A stretch of DNA of 64,000 nucleotides from Octopus vulgaris (taxonomy: Eukaryota): the NCBI GenBank assembly GCA_951406725.2, contig OX597823.1:117862001-117926000 (forward strand), read 5' to 3'. The position numbers and the translations under genes are program-made. The notes under the pieces are model-generated. The model had not been told where the DNA came from and made no database searches. It saw nothing but the letters and a program-made list of their open reading frames with translations. This document shows positions 39,278-52,769 of this stretch, in pieces; position 1 is the first letter of the stretch, and every line of letters begins with the position of its first letter.

Positions 39278-40291
39278 ACCAGTCAATTATTGCAGTCAGT
39301 CAAATATCTGGCCTTACACCTGTATTATCATAATTAATTAATAATTTATATTATTTCATTAATATCATAATATTGGATTTATAATACTTTATATCTCTAT
39401 GTTAGCTTTTGCAAATATGGACATCCATTTAACTTACTGACACAATTATGGGTTCTATTTTCAAGAAGACCATGTGTGTGTGTATGTGTGTGTACATGTA
39501 TGTGCGCACACACATGTGAACACATACAATAAATGACAAAAATAAAAACATGAGAGACTAAGTGAAAACAAAGAGGATAATTAATAGGCTTCCACTCAAG
39601 AGAAGGAAGGAAACAGAAGTGCCTGATGTTACAAACTCAAACTCATCATCAGAAAAGATGGAGAGAGAAAGAGAGCTTTTACTGGATTTAACAACTTATG
39701 GATGGAAGGATGGATAAATGTACACATACACACACTTTATCTTCTTATACAGACCATAGCTGCAAATATAAGTTGTAATCAAGGTAAAAATTTAACTATT
39801 TGGCCTAGCTTCTATTTGGTCACTAAGTTGGTCATTTCCCCATGTGCAGTTGCAATTCTATCAGTAACTACAATGAAGTGCTCCTACATAATGAATAAAT
39901 TATATGAATAGAACAACTTTTCCAATGAACTGAAGAAGTAGAGAGAATAAGTAAGCAAATGAAATGAAATTTCCAATCTGGCTACTTTTCAAAATGATAC
40001 TTTTGTTGCCAAAAGATTTCAAGAAATTCCAGCTAATCTGGTTTGGTAATGGTTGAAAGATATTGGGTCTTAATTATTTTCTTGTGCTACTGACATTTGT
40101 TGTCTACAAAAGATGAAATATCAAATTTGTAACTAGCTTTTATGTTGCTGCATAGCAAGAGCCACAGCACAAGTATTCTTGACACAACTCCTGTGAGAGA
40201 TTTTCTGAAAATTGTGCTAACATTAGTTTAGAAATGTATTCTAGTCTCATAGACAACAACCCCTTTTTTGTTTGGATTTGAGAAACAAGAA

Positions 40292-40458
40292 TAGGTGCAG
40301 GAGTGGCTGTGTGAGTAGTAACTTGCTTATCAACCATATGGTTCCGGATTCAGTCCCACTTCATAGCCCCTTGGGCAAGTGTCTGCTACTATAGCCTTGG
40401 GCCGACCAAAGCCTTGTGAGTGGATTTGGTAGACGGAAACTGAAAGAAGTCCATCGTA

Positions 40459-40510
<52 letters not shown>

Positions 40511-40738
40511 TATGTATGTGTGTGTGTATATGTTTGTGTGTCTGTGTTTGTCCCTCCCACATCGCTTGACAACCGATGCTGGTGTGTTTACATCCCTGTA
40601 ACTTGGCGGTTCAGCAAAAGAGACCGATAGAATAAGTACTAGGCTTACAAAGAATAAGACCTGGGGTTGATTTGCTTGACTAAAGGCGGTGCTCCAGCAT
40701 GGCCACAGTCAAATGACTGAAAGAAGTAAAAGAGTAAG
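40292..40738 (+). mobile_element. Full-length family B SINE
   Basis: Same structure as 34531-34960. Confidence 0.9.
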
Positions 40739-41466
40739 ATCATAACTACACATCTTAACATCAGCTGAATCACCATCATCAGCAGCAACTGCTGTATTCA
40801 TTTATGGAAATAAACACAACTGCCACTAGTTCAGAATATTCCAACTTTTCAACCACAAAGCATGAATGAACACAGAGATAGCGTACAGGACAACCAGTTG
40901 ATAGGTTAGAAGTTCATATCTAATAACCAACATTGTGTTGTATCCGTAATATTCATAGACAGGACAAATATCAAATAGTCCAGTTCACAATGCTTGTAAA
41001 CAAATCACTACTATAAATGGTTGCAGCACTATGAGGTTTGTGTTTCAAAGACAAATGGATGTCAGAAAGTTGGCTTATCCTGCATAATGATGAAGTTTTC
41101 AGTTGTACCACTATAATTTAGTGGGTATATACACAGTATTGTGGATAAATGGCTTAAGTGCTAGACTGCTGACATTAAAACCATTAATTTTAACTCCTGC
41201 TTCAATCACTGCATTGAGCCCATGGACAATATGTACCATACTGTCAGCAGATTACAAAATGGCAGTGATAGTTGTAATGGTATTAGAGGTGGGACAGATG
41301 GAGAGTATCTTTAAACAAGTAGCCATATCTGAGTAACATGAGAACTAGTCAGAAGTTCCACACACAAACATGTGGCATAAGACAAGACATTTTAAAGTTC
41401 GGTTTTATGTGTCTAAACAAAGGAATGAGTGAGTGAATAAATGAAGGAAGTAATGAGTGAGTGATT

Positions 41467-41570
41467 AAACAGATGGGTGAATGTGAATGGACAGGTAAGC
41501 AGATGAGTGAATGTGAATGGACAGGTAAGCAGATGAGTGAATGTGAATGGACAGGTAAGCAGATGAGTGA
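41467..41570. repeat. 30-bp minisatellite, about 3.5 copies
   Basis: (agcagatgagtgaatgtgaatggacaggta)n directly visible. Confidence 0.92.
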
Positions 41571-41627
41571 CTAAATGAAAGATTGCAGGAGTGGATAATG
41601 ATCGAGTGATTGGATAAAAGAATGACT

Positions 41628-41900
41628 TCATCATCATCATCATCATCGTTTAACATCCGTTTTCCATGCTAGCATAGGTTGGACGGTTTGACCGGGGTCT
41701 GGGAAGCCAGGAGGCTGCACCAGGCTCCAGTCTGATCTGGGAGTGTTTCTACAGACGGATGCCCTTCCTAATGCCAACCACTCCGTGAGTGTAGTGGGTG
41801 CTTTTTACGTGCCAGCAGAGGCTGGCAACGCCCACAATCGGTTGGTGGTTTTTACGTGCCACCTACACGGAAGCCAGTCAAAGCAGCACTGGCATCGACT
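41628..41900 (-). mobile_element. Family C element
   Basis: (CAT)n-gtttaacatccg tail and conserved body. Confidence 0.87.
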
Positions 41901-42125
41901 TGAAAAGAGTAAATGAGGGAATGAGTGACTGAATAAGTGAGTGGGTCGGTGAATGGAAGAATGAACATAGGACTGCAATTACAATGGATATGTGCAGTAG
42001 CAGATATTTAAGAGATTTTGAAAACACAAAGATCAATGTGGCAGTGTAAGTACATTCTTTAGAACCCAGAGGGATCGATTTGCTAGTACAGCACATGAAA
42101 CCAGGGAAAATAAAACATAACTTAC

Positions 42126-42211
42126 CTATAGCATCCATATGCAATTAACTGATAACGATGATTGATAGCAACACAAACAGCATCTGTTAATTCTTTGGCT
42201 AAGATTCCCCG
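42126..42211 (-). CDS. RIC1: RIC1 exon (RGILAKELTDAVCVAINHRYQLIAYGCY(S))
   Basis: 86 nt, acceptor cttatcag, donor gtaagt, phase 0/2. Matches [29 protein letters not shown]. Confidence 0.9.
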
Positions 42212-43319
42212 CTGATAAGTATATAAAAATAAAAAATGGTAATTTACACATTAATGATAATAATTAGACATATATAGGTAAATTGTAAAATATAAATGAC
42301 AGATGTAGAATTGCAACTGATTCCACATTACTACCATGCATCACTATTCATACCACTACTGTGTATGTTTACTGGTAACTATTCATCTGATAGAAATGGA
42401 AAATAGAAATGGTCAAACCAATAGGATACTGGACAACCAGCCAAGAAGTAGTAGTAGTAGTACATGTAGTCATCAACAGTTGTTAACACAGCTAAAATAA
42501 CAGTCAATAGTACAGTTCACCTAGCTGAAAGTAGGGACCACAGGTTAATAAAATTCGCTGTTGTAAGCCATAGCAGTACCTTGGAATTTTTAAATATTTC
42601 AATAACTTAGAGTACTAAGTTCAAACTCTCTTGCAGGAAATGCTTCCTGTAATAGACAAGTGTTCTAGCTAGAGGAAGATTTGTTAACCATTCACTTATA
42701 ATTTGAAAACCTAAAAATAAGAAGTAGAACTATGTTAATTCCATTTCAGGAAAGAATTGTTTTTAATTTGAGGAATAAGTGGCACTGACAACCTAGAACT
42801 CATACAAAAACAGTGACACACCAAATTAGATAAGAATGTTTTCCAGTTGACTAGCTTTTCCACCAAATGCTTTACCTAAATATAGATTTATATTTCAGAA
42901 AGACAGACGTAAGGAAAAGAGGAATTTTGATATCAATTCTTTTCTGACAGGTACCAGTAATCTACATGACAAAAAAATTCCAAATGGGAATCATAAACCA
43001 GTCAGAGTTGGTTCAATGAGGCTTGTGATGAAATACATAAGGGTCTTACTCAACCTCTACATTTACTATTAGCAACACAGATATCATATATATAGTACCT
43101 TCTCCATTGTGTCTTAAAGAATTCGCTCAAGCAATTTTAGAAAACGGAAATTTAGGCATGGGTGTCACAATTTGGAAATTATAATACTCATGCATTTCCT
43201 AAAAGATATTATTCATGTAAATGAAAGCAATCTTTAATTATGTTTCCTGATAACAACTGTCATACCAAAGTACTGATGAAGAACTGCTATTACACCAAAG
43301 TACTGACAGAATAGATACA

Positions 43320-43880
43320 TTGAAGCTCCAGCATCTGGCAACTGACTTGGTAAACACCCACAAAATTATTAACAATCATGCCAACAACCACCTTGAGCAC
43401 CTTTTTGAGCTCCATGTGTCTAACACACATGAGCATGCCTACAAAGTCAGAAAACAGCACTGCTCCCATGACTTTCGGAAACATTTTTTCCCACTCAGAG
43501 TTGCTAAAGCATGAAACAAACTACCAGCATCAGTTGTGAGTTGCCAAAACATTGCATCTTTTAAAACCTCCTTGCTTCCTGAAATTCGCTAACACTACAC
43601 CTGATATGCCCCACTCCATGTGCATGAACACATGTATATCAGGACTCATACACTGTTCACTTTCCTGACTCTTGTACATAATTCTATGTACTGCACATGT
43701 ACCTTTGATGAGTTATAGTGCACCTGAGCACTATACACACACAGGCATGTATCTGACTCATACATTGTTCGCTTTCCAGACATTTTTACATTACTGCATG
43801 TACGTTATATGCACTTTCTGACAAGTTGTGGTGCACCTGAGCACTGTATACAATAATTTCATTATATTATATTATAATTT
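43320..43880 (+). mobile_element. CR1/L2-type LINE 3' end with a duplicated 3' UTR
   Basis: LKLQHLATDLVNTHKIINN..HDFRKHFFPLRV; two successive gtgcacctgagcact termini; homologous to 840-1190. Confidence 0.88.
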
Positions 43881-44014
43881 CGTTATTATTTTTACATCTA
43901 AGCACTGACTTAGAACTACTTTCATACTGAAGTACCCACCCATCACACAAAAATATCACTCCTGCCTCTGTAATTACTGTTCATGTCTCTTAGTTCATTC
44001 ATGCCTTCACTTAC

Positions 44015-44127
44015 ATTATCAAAAGCAAATGCTGCTTTCCCTGTGTTTAGCACCAGGCTGTAACCTCTTAGAAAGGGGCTGTAATCAAACTGTGTCACAT
44101 AGCTGTCTCGGTCTGTGGAACGGGAAG
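44015..44127 (-). CDS. RIC1: RIC1 exon ((A)SRSTDRDSYVTQFDYSPFLRGYSLVLNTGKAAFAFDN)
   Basis: 113 nt, acceptor ctgttgcag, donor gtaagt, phase 1/0. Matches [25 protein letters not shown]. The donor position is less certain. Confidence 0.85.
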
Positions 44128-44717
44128 CTGCAACAGAAAACAAATCATAATTAAGGTAATGGAATCAGATTAGAAGGGTAATTGGGTAGTGTTGAATATG
44201 AAAGAAGCAATGTGGAATTAAAGGAATGAAATTAAGAGGGTGAAGGCTAGTATTCTAGCAAAAGAACAGATAGATCAGTATTACATCCACATAAGTGTCT
44301 GAATGTCACATGTAAATATGCATGTGAACATAGTTATTTGGTGCAGATTAAGAGTGTAAGCAACATGTATACTAGGCCTAAAGAAAAGCTTTAAAGGGAC
44401 CTGAAATTACAATATTCTCATTAATTTGTGATTTAAGACAAAGTAATCATCCTAGAAACACTAAATAGGTTTACATATACATAGATTTCTATAGAATGTT
44501 TTACTCAATGGGAAGATGTAAAAGGAGTGGTGGTTCTGAAGTGTTTAGGATGTGGATGATGTATCTGAGATGAGTAAGACATAACATATAGAAAAAAATG
44601 AGAAAGAAAAATAATATAAATGGCATATGAATCCAATTTAATTTAAAATTGAATATCTGAAATATGAAGACAAAATTAAGTTATATATACAATAGAATTT
44701 AAAAGATTTTTATACAA

Positions 44718-44988
44718 CATCGCTTCACTGGCACCTGTGTCGGTGGCATGTGTAAAAAGATTCGAGCGAGGTCATTGCCAGTACCGCTTGACTGGCCCCC
44801 GTGCAGGTGGCACATAAAAAGCACCCACTACACTCTCGGAGTGGTTGGCGTCAGGAAGAGCATCCAGCAGTAGAAACTCTGCCAGATCAAGACTGGAGCC
44901 TGGTGCAGCCATCTGGTTGCCAGCCCGCAGTCAAAACCGTCCAACCCATGCTAGTATGGAAAACGGATGTTAAACGATGATGATGATG
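44718..44988 (+). mobile_element. Family C element
   Basis: Conserved body and (GAT)n tail. Confidence 0.87.
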
Positions 44989-46206
44989 TAGGTGAAATTA
45001 AAAGTGTAATGCTATAAACATACAGAAAAAAATACTTTACACAACTACATTTTATAATTAATATACGTATTAATATCTAGTTACCTGCCTGTGTCTCTAT
45101 TACCCAATAATCTTGTAGACCACATGTGCACACATCTGTCATCCAATTTCTCTCACACACACAAGGTACATATATCAATCTATCTGACATTACAAATATG
45201 ATGTTCATATTCATAATGTGTATTTTTGAAATATTAAATCACTGATCCTCACTCTACAGCCTGCAGGATATTTCATCTATTTACAAAAAAGTTTACTTCT
45301 AACAGTTAAATGCAGTTCTCCAAACAGCTCAGCTAACACACACACACACACATTACAAAAATGAATTATTTCTCATTCTCTTGAATGTTTATAAAATTCT
45401 TATGATGTCAATATCTTTATCATCATCAGCTGCATTTAACAACTGTTTCCCATGCTGGCATGGGTTGAACAATTTGACAAGAACTGGCAAGGCCAGGAGC
45501 TACACCAGGTTCCATACTGTTTTGGTTTGGTTTCTACAGCTGGATGCCCTTCCTAACACCAACCACTTTACAGAGTGTACTGGATGCTTTTCACATGGCA
45601 CCATCACCAGTGCTTTTTTACATTTTTTAGATGATAACTGGCTGATAACATTAAGCATATAGCTGTGTGGCTAAGAAGTTCACATTGCAACCATATGGTT
45701 TTGGGTTCAGTTCCACACCACATCACTTGAGGCAAGTGTCTTCTTCTATAGTCTCAGAACAACTAATGCCTCATGAGTAAATCTGGTGAACTGAAATTCT
45801 GTGTGTGTGTTTGCCCCAACACTGCTAGATAATTGAATCTGGTTGATTTGAGGTGAAACAAATGAACTTCAAAAACAAAAAAATACAGGGTCAATTTGGT
45901 TGCAGTCCAATGGGTGAAACCAGTAGAAGAGTAACATAGTATTTGCAAATTAATAAACTCTTCTTTTTTACTAATCTATCTACATTTAAATTGAGATCAT
46001 GTAAATTGAAGGGAAAAAAATGATTTTACTGAAATTATCCTTAAAAGAAAAGAAAAAAAGCACACACCCACACAAATATAATTTAACCCTTTGGCATTCA
46101 GATTACTGTCAAATGTAATGCTTATTTATTCACATTGTCTTGGATTGATCATGCATTATCTCATAGCTTTGAGATTCTGATGATGTGATTGTTTACTTTT
46201 AGAGAC

Positions 46207-46534
46207 GACTGTTGTTATCGTTAGGCCTAACTCATCGTAAAGTCAATACCACCATGACCGATATCCAATCTACAGTGGAGAAGGCTAGCCACTGGATTTG
46301 GTTAAAAAGAGACGATGAGTGATGGCTAGAAGAATATTGAGCTTTATTTGATAACCAGTTGATCTACCAAGCAGGGCCTCATATCAGTGAGGGGGGGACC
46401 GTGCACATTGATGCCGTCGAGAGGTAAGCCCCAAAACGGCGCGCATTCTCTCCTGATGACCCCATACACTTGCTGGCTTCCGGTATGCAGAGTTTTTGAC
46501 TGGTAGCACTTGCATATGCAAGTTGTTTGCAAGA
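46207..46534 (+). mobile_element. 3' fragment of a Hero-like (RLE-type) non-LTR retrotransposon inserted in a TTAA MITE
   Basis: Encodes LLSLGLTHRKVNTTMTDIQSTVEKASHWIWLKRDDE, like the recalled AEKAS.W.W.KR C-terminus of Hero-clade elements. It interrupts the MITE (46087-46631) between agac repeats. Confidence 0.7.
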
Positions 46535-47039
46535 CATGATAGAGTGAGTGTGAGAGGCCAGATCTGACTAGTTTAAAGATAAAACAAGTAGAATCTTTTG
46601 GCCAGATACGTCCAGTTTAAATGCTGAACGGTCAAGCAATTGTTAATTGAAATGACTATCAAAAAATATTGATATCATATGCACATATCTATAAGTATGT
46701 GTGTGTATGCCAGTGTGTACGCCTACATCAGTGTCAGAACTAGTGTTCTTTACAGTGTATTAGTACTTTCCATAACTTACTTGTTCAACAAGTAAAATTC
46801 ATGAAACTAGGGTTAATATTATCAACAAAATCCTTTGAAGGAGTTGCACTAATATGGTCACAGTCCACTGACTGAAACCAGTTTAAATAAAAACCATATG
46901 GTAATTTTTTTACATAGTCATTGTATGCAAGATTTATGTTCATTGACTGTCATTTTCTCATTGCTGTTAGTTTTTGATTCCTTCAGTATAAGCAGTCATT
47001 ACAATAAACCTGTAAATTTTAGGTTCATAGTTTGTTTTC

Positions 47040-47442
47040 TTTTATTCGTTTATTTGTTTCAGTCATTTGACTGCAGCCATGCTGGAGCACTGCCTTCAGT
47101 CAAGCAAATCGATCCCAGGACTTATTCTTTATAAGCCTAGTACTTATTCTATCGGTCTCCCTTGCCGAACTGTTAAGTGACGGGAATTTAAACACACCAG
47201 CATCGGTTGTCAAGCGATGTTGGGGGGACAAACACAGACATGCAAACATATACATACACACATATATATATATATATTATGACAGGCTTCTTTCAGTTTC
47301 CGTCTACCAAATCTACTCATAAGGCTTTGGTTGGCCCGAGGCTATAGCAGAAGACACTTGCCCAAGGTACCATGCAGTGGGACTGAACCTGGAACCATGT
47401 GGTTGGTAAGCAAGCTACTTACCACACAGCCACTCCTGTGCC
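47040..47442 (-). mobile_element. Family B SINE
   Basis: Reverse complement of the full copies. Confidence 0.88.
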
Positions 47443-47976
47443 TGCTTGTTCATCTTTTTTTTTAAATAATGAACCCACTCTGTAAGCTGGTTGATGTTAG
47501 GAAGGGCATCCAGCTGTAAAAACCCTGCCAAAACAGACAGTAAAGCCTGGTGTAGTCTTCTGCCCAGCCAGTTCCTATCAAACCAACCAACCCATGCCAG
47601 CATGGAAAACAGACATTAAATGGTGAGGATTTAACATTATAAGTTTTGGTTTCTATTTAAAAAACTCAAATTCAATCTTCAAAAATATTTAATAAAATAT
47701 TAAAAACTAAAACTAACAGAGGTATTACTTTTGTATCTGGTCTCCATCACTACCAACAAATTGACATGAAGGCAAAAAGAAAAGCACGAAAAAGAAATAA
47801 AACAGAGCTGAAGTGAAACTGTACAAACATAATGCTGTGTAAACTGAGGAAACTTTCTAGTTCTGAATTAAAATGCAGATGTCTGTTTACAATATTGGAA
47901 ACTTGATCCCCATCTGTGGCCTTGCTGGTGTTTTTCCAACACAAATTGTTTGCACATATATATTTAGTATTGATCA

Positions 47977-48009
<33 letters not shown>

Positions 48010-49929
48010 GGCATGATGTATACAATGCACACAAAGAACCATAACTAATAGGATATAATTAGAGTATTTGAAGAGAAGAAACAATAAATGAAAGAGGTGT
48101 AAATATTTGTGCGGGGGGGAAAAAACATGTGACATTTAAGATAATTGTTTTATTTAAGAATCAAGGAATAATTGATGCAAAATGGCAAAATACAAGTAGT
48201 GAATGAATAAATGAATGAACTAATCTAGTCTAATGAATGAACAACAAGCAGTGAGTAAATTCAATGCGATAATTTAGAAGAGGTCATGAAAAAGAGAAGG
48301 AGATAAACAGTTATACACAGATCATAAGATAACAACAGACCATAAAAGCAAAGTTCACAGTTGATACTCAAGCTACATGCTTAATCCCCACCAGACTAAA
48401 ACTACGAAAGCAACTCCAGTACAAGTGGCTTATTTTACAATATTAGTACCAAGTTGATTTTGGTTTCACTTTTTAGTTTTTCAATAGACAATCATTTTTT
48501 TTCATTTGCCTGCATATCATTTTTTTTGGTTTTCTTTATATTCCAAATATATTTTCTACCATTAGCAGATTACAAACTAAATATCTTCTCAATAAATGCA
48601 AAAAAAAAACAACTCAATTCTTTAGATTTACACTCATTATCATTATTATAGTCACTGAGGGCAGACGATGTAATGTTATTGTTCAACACAGGTTTTAGTC
48701 CTATAGGTTTTTAAAAAAAAAAACACCAAAGGTTTTCAGAATATAGGTTGCAAGGACAAGATCATATATAGAATGTGAGTTATATTGTTTATTATTATCA
48801 AAATGTACAAATTGTATTTGTACAATTTGACTCCAAGTCTCACTCAGAGACCTCAAGAGGCAACAAGTTAGAAGTTCAAGTTGGTAGTATGACTAAGGTG
48901 CCATAATTTTGGATTTGCACAGAGTATTGTTCTAGAGAATGTCTGTCAAAACATAAGAAAATTAGAAGTTTGTTCTAAAAGTAATTTGGTGATAAGATGA
49001 AAGTATCATCTTAAGTCAACAGTAAAATGTGTTTGCTATTATGTACATTTAAAAGTACTTTTGACAATGTTTACAGATTAAAATGTTTTAGGAATTAGTT
49101 TCAATATAAAACCAAAACTCCAGTAATATACAAAAATTCATTCGATCAACCAAAACACTGTTTACAAAAAGGTTCACACCAAATAAAAAGTCCAAGCATA
49201 CCTCATATGAGAAACCTTACATAGTCAAAAATATTGCCATATTGTGGAATTCTATACTGTGAAACATTTTTCCGGTGACTTCCATGTTCATTAACTCCCA
49301 TGTAACATGAAAATTAATGGAAAACTTGGTTTTACATTACAGAATTCTATGTTATGGCAAAATTTTCAGCATCACAATGTTCCCATAACATACACCCATA
49401 CAGAGGTGTACCTGTAATCTTTTATTATTTTTATGCTAGCAACTTTTATTGTTATTATAATTGATGTTGTTTTATTGTTGGTGATGTTGCTCTCGGTGGA
49501 CTAAATAAGTAGAAATTCAGTAAAGATGGTTGGCTCAGTGTGAAACTGGTCTGAGATGAGTTCGCAATAGTGAGGACTTTGCTGCTCAGTGCACAGACAA
49601 GAAAGTAACGTCTCAAAAATGATTTTCAGTAAGTATAATTATCACTCTATATTCAGAGTTCTAATCTTTGTAGGTTTATTTTGCCGTTCATTGCTTCAGG
49701 TTAGATGAAGTAAGTATTAGATATACGGGAATTAACAGCTTTCTGAACTTTTTCCATTCCAGTCTTACTCTGGCAACTGTTTTTAGAACATCTACATCCA
49801 CTGCAAACTAGATTACAAAGCAAACAAGTTATTAATGACTTCTACAGAATTTGGCAAGCATTTGAAAGGATTTATCCTGTACATTTTCTTACAATTAGCT
49901 AATCCTGTTAATCTATGAAGTCTACTTTT

Positions 49930-50560
49930 CCCATCAGCCTCTCTGTTATCCCACATCGTTTATGCACCTATAGTCTACAATAGGTGCACCTTTTGGAATT
50001 CCCACCTATTCTATGTATGGCTACTTTCCCAATGACAGAATTGTCTTCTTTTTCCACTTACTAAAACTTTAATCTTTGCCAGGTTTACTTTGAGGCCTCG
50101 TGATTCTAAGTTTCACTTCAAAGTTTGGAATTTCTTTTCTGAACCTTTGACTGATTCGTTAATGAGAATTAGATCATCAGCTTACAAGTGTCCCCACAGA
50201 GTAGTGTTAAACTTCTATTATGGCCTAGAAAACAATGATATACAGGAGACAGCTGAGAACTGAGCCCTCTTATACACTAACCTGCATGTAAAATTCCTCA
50301 CTTAACTCATTAATTCTTCCTTTGCTGATAGCAGTCTGTACGTAGCTCACTAACTCACACAATCCATTCAAAGTAGCCAATCAAAAGCCTTCTTCAGATT
50401 GACAAAAGCTTGATACAGTACTTTACTCCTAGCAAATAATTTCTCTTACAGTTGTCTAGTTAGTAAAACAGCATCAGTGGTCCCCCATCCTGAATAAATC
50501 CAAACTCTGTTTTGCCTAGGCTGATTCTCTTCCTAATCAATCACACAGTAAATCTTTTAA
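49930..50560 (-). mobile_element. Old degraded RTE RT fragment
   Basis: Collinear with the RTE RT (agatcatcagc = ADDL, cagcatcagtggtcc = GTTDA, aaagccttcttcagattgac = DL.KAF). Confidence 0.65.
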
Positions 50561-50756
50561 TATCTTTCAGAGGAAGGGCAGCACTCATGAGACCTTTGTG
50601 TAATGATTGGAAGGGAGAGAGAGATGGAAGGAGTTACCCTTAGGCCAAAGACCTGCTCTGAATGCTTGCAACAGAGTTGACTTTACTAAAAGACCTAAGA
50701 GCCTTGCATAAAACCAAATGATTTATTAAGTCCACTACTCTTTAAATAATCTTAAG

Positions 50757-50955
50757 GCACAAGGCCTGAAATTTTGGGGGAGGGGGCCGGTTAATTAGAT
50801 CAACCCCAGTATGCAACTGGTACTTAATTTATCGACTCCAAAAGGATGAAAGGCAAAGTCGACCTCAGCAGAATTTGAACTCAGAACATAAAGACAGATG
50901 AAATACCGCTAAAGCATTTTGCCTGCTGTGCTAACATTTCTGCCAGCTCACCATC
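50757..50955 (-). mobile_element. Family A SINE variant
   Basis: aaaggatgaaaggcaaagtcgacctcagcagaatttgaactcagaac ... tgccagctc. Confidence 0.82.
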
Positions 50956-52064
50956 TTCCAAGGGGAATATTGCAGTATTTATGTTAGAATAATATTGGTT
51001 AGAGTTGTTAGAATATGTTAGAATAACATTGTGACAGTTGTGATTGTGACTCATGCTAAAATATCAGAGGATTATATTATAATAACAAAGATGATTTATT
51101 ACATTGGAGAAGTGAAAAGTATTATTATAAATTCAATTGGTGCCTAATAGTTTTGGAGAAGAGAGGGAATTCTTCAGAATAATGAGCCATATATATGTAC
51201 ATATTGATTTCTCACACTGGCATATAACCAGTATGAATATGTCATAGGTGTATGTGTGTGTATGCATGTGTGCATATAAGATAGAATTCTGCAAAGATGT
51301 ATAAATATCTAATAAGACATCACTTGGTCAACATCCAATCATATAATGTTGTTAGCAATTTGCTATTTTTGATCAGTTTCGTTTATAACATCAGTTTGTA
51401 TAGTCAGAAAAAATTACGCTGCCTCAACACAGACAATGTTTCAGTATTTTTTACTTTTATCTTTTGCTTATTTCAGTCATTAGACTGCAACCATGCCAGG
51501 ACACCACCTTGAAGGGTTTTTTCAGTTGAACAACTCAATCTGTGTGTGTGTGTCCTCCCAACATCACTTGACAACCGATGCTGGTGCGTTTACGTCCCCG
51601 TAATTTAGTGGTTCGGCAAAAGAGACCGATAGAATAAGTACTAGGCTTACAAAGAATAAGTTCTGGGGTCAATTTGTTTGACTAAAGGCGGTGCTCCAGC
51701 ATGGCCACAGTCAAATGACTGAAACAAGTAAAAGAGTAAAACAACATTGTAACACCTATTTCAAAAGGTACCTCTCATCGCCACATCTGTACAAAAGAGG
51801 ATAAGCAGGACTGAAAAGCCACACCTAAGCTGCTCGAGTTTTAAGAGAACAATTAAGCCATATGGCATTATGCAAAATTGAGTTGCAACTATCAGGTATT
51901 TCAATATTGGAATGCCCTTCATCTTTTCAGGGTTCATAAAATAAGTAGCAGTTGAAATCCGGGGGTTGATGTATTTGATTTACCCCCTCCCCTGAAATTG
52001 GTGGCTGTGTGGCAAAATTTGAAATTGATATTGTAAAACCTCACAGTGGATTAATAACAATTAA

Positions 52065-52285
52065 CCCTTTAGTGTTTAAATTACTTTGTCAAATGTAATG
52101 CTTATTTATTCACATTGTTTTGAATTAATTATGCCTTGTCTCATAGCTTCAAGATTTTGATGATGTGATTATTTATCTTTAGAATGACATTATAGGGTAG
52201 GTGTGAGAGGCTGAATCTCATAAGTTTGAACATAAAACAAGGATAATATTCTGGCTAGATATGGCCAGTTTAAACACTAGAAGGG
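52065..52285. mobile_element. Intact TTAA-flanked MITE
   Basis: TTAA|ccctttagtgtttaaa ... tttaaacactagaaggg|TTAA. Confidence 0.85.
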
Positions 52286-52726
52286 TTAAAATACATTCCC
52301 TCCATATTAATAATGTGTGAGGTTAAAAGAAAAGGGAAGGAGTCTCCTGACACACTGTTTCACAGTTTATTGACAATCCATGGAGAAGACATACCTGGTT
52401 TCCTTCTGCAATGAATAGCATAGATCAGTTGCTCATAAAGCAGTCATGAATAAGGCTAGTACATTAGTGGATAGCCCAATTTGAATATTTGTGCTTTTGA
52501 TGGCTTGTCATGAAGCAGACAATGTTTCTTTGTATACAATACAATGTAAATAAGAAATAGAGAAATAAAGTTCATTATTATAAAGTCCCACTATATATAT
52601 ATACATATATATATAGCTGTAAAAATCCTGCCAAAGTACCCACAGAAGTCTGGTGCAGGCCTCGGCTCGGCTGCCCCTTGTGAAACTGTCCCACCCATGC
52701 TAGCATGGAAGGTAGACATTAAACAA

Positions 52727-52767
<41 letters not shown>

Positions 52768-52769
<2 letters not shown>

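Noticed and set aside
39200-39280. tRNA genes at SINE heads (also 55610-55685)
   Set aside because: No complete cloverleaf; they run directly into SINE bodies.
39625-39652. Minus-strand CTGATGA..GTAAC hammerhead remnant
   Set aside because: GAAA and the stems are decayed; used only as supporting context.
41467-41570. CRISPR-like or splice-donor array (caggtaagc repeats)
   Set aside because: No unique spacers, eukaryotic context and antisense to RIC1; a plain minisatellite.
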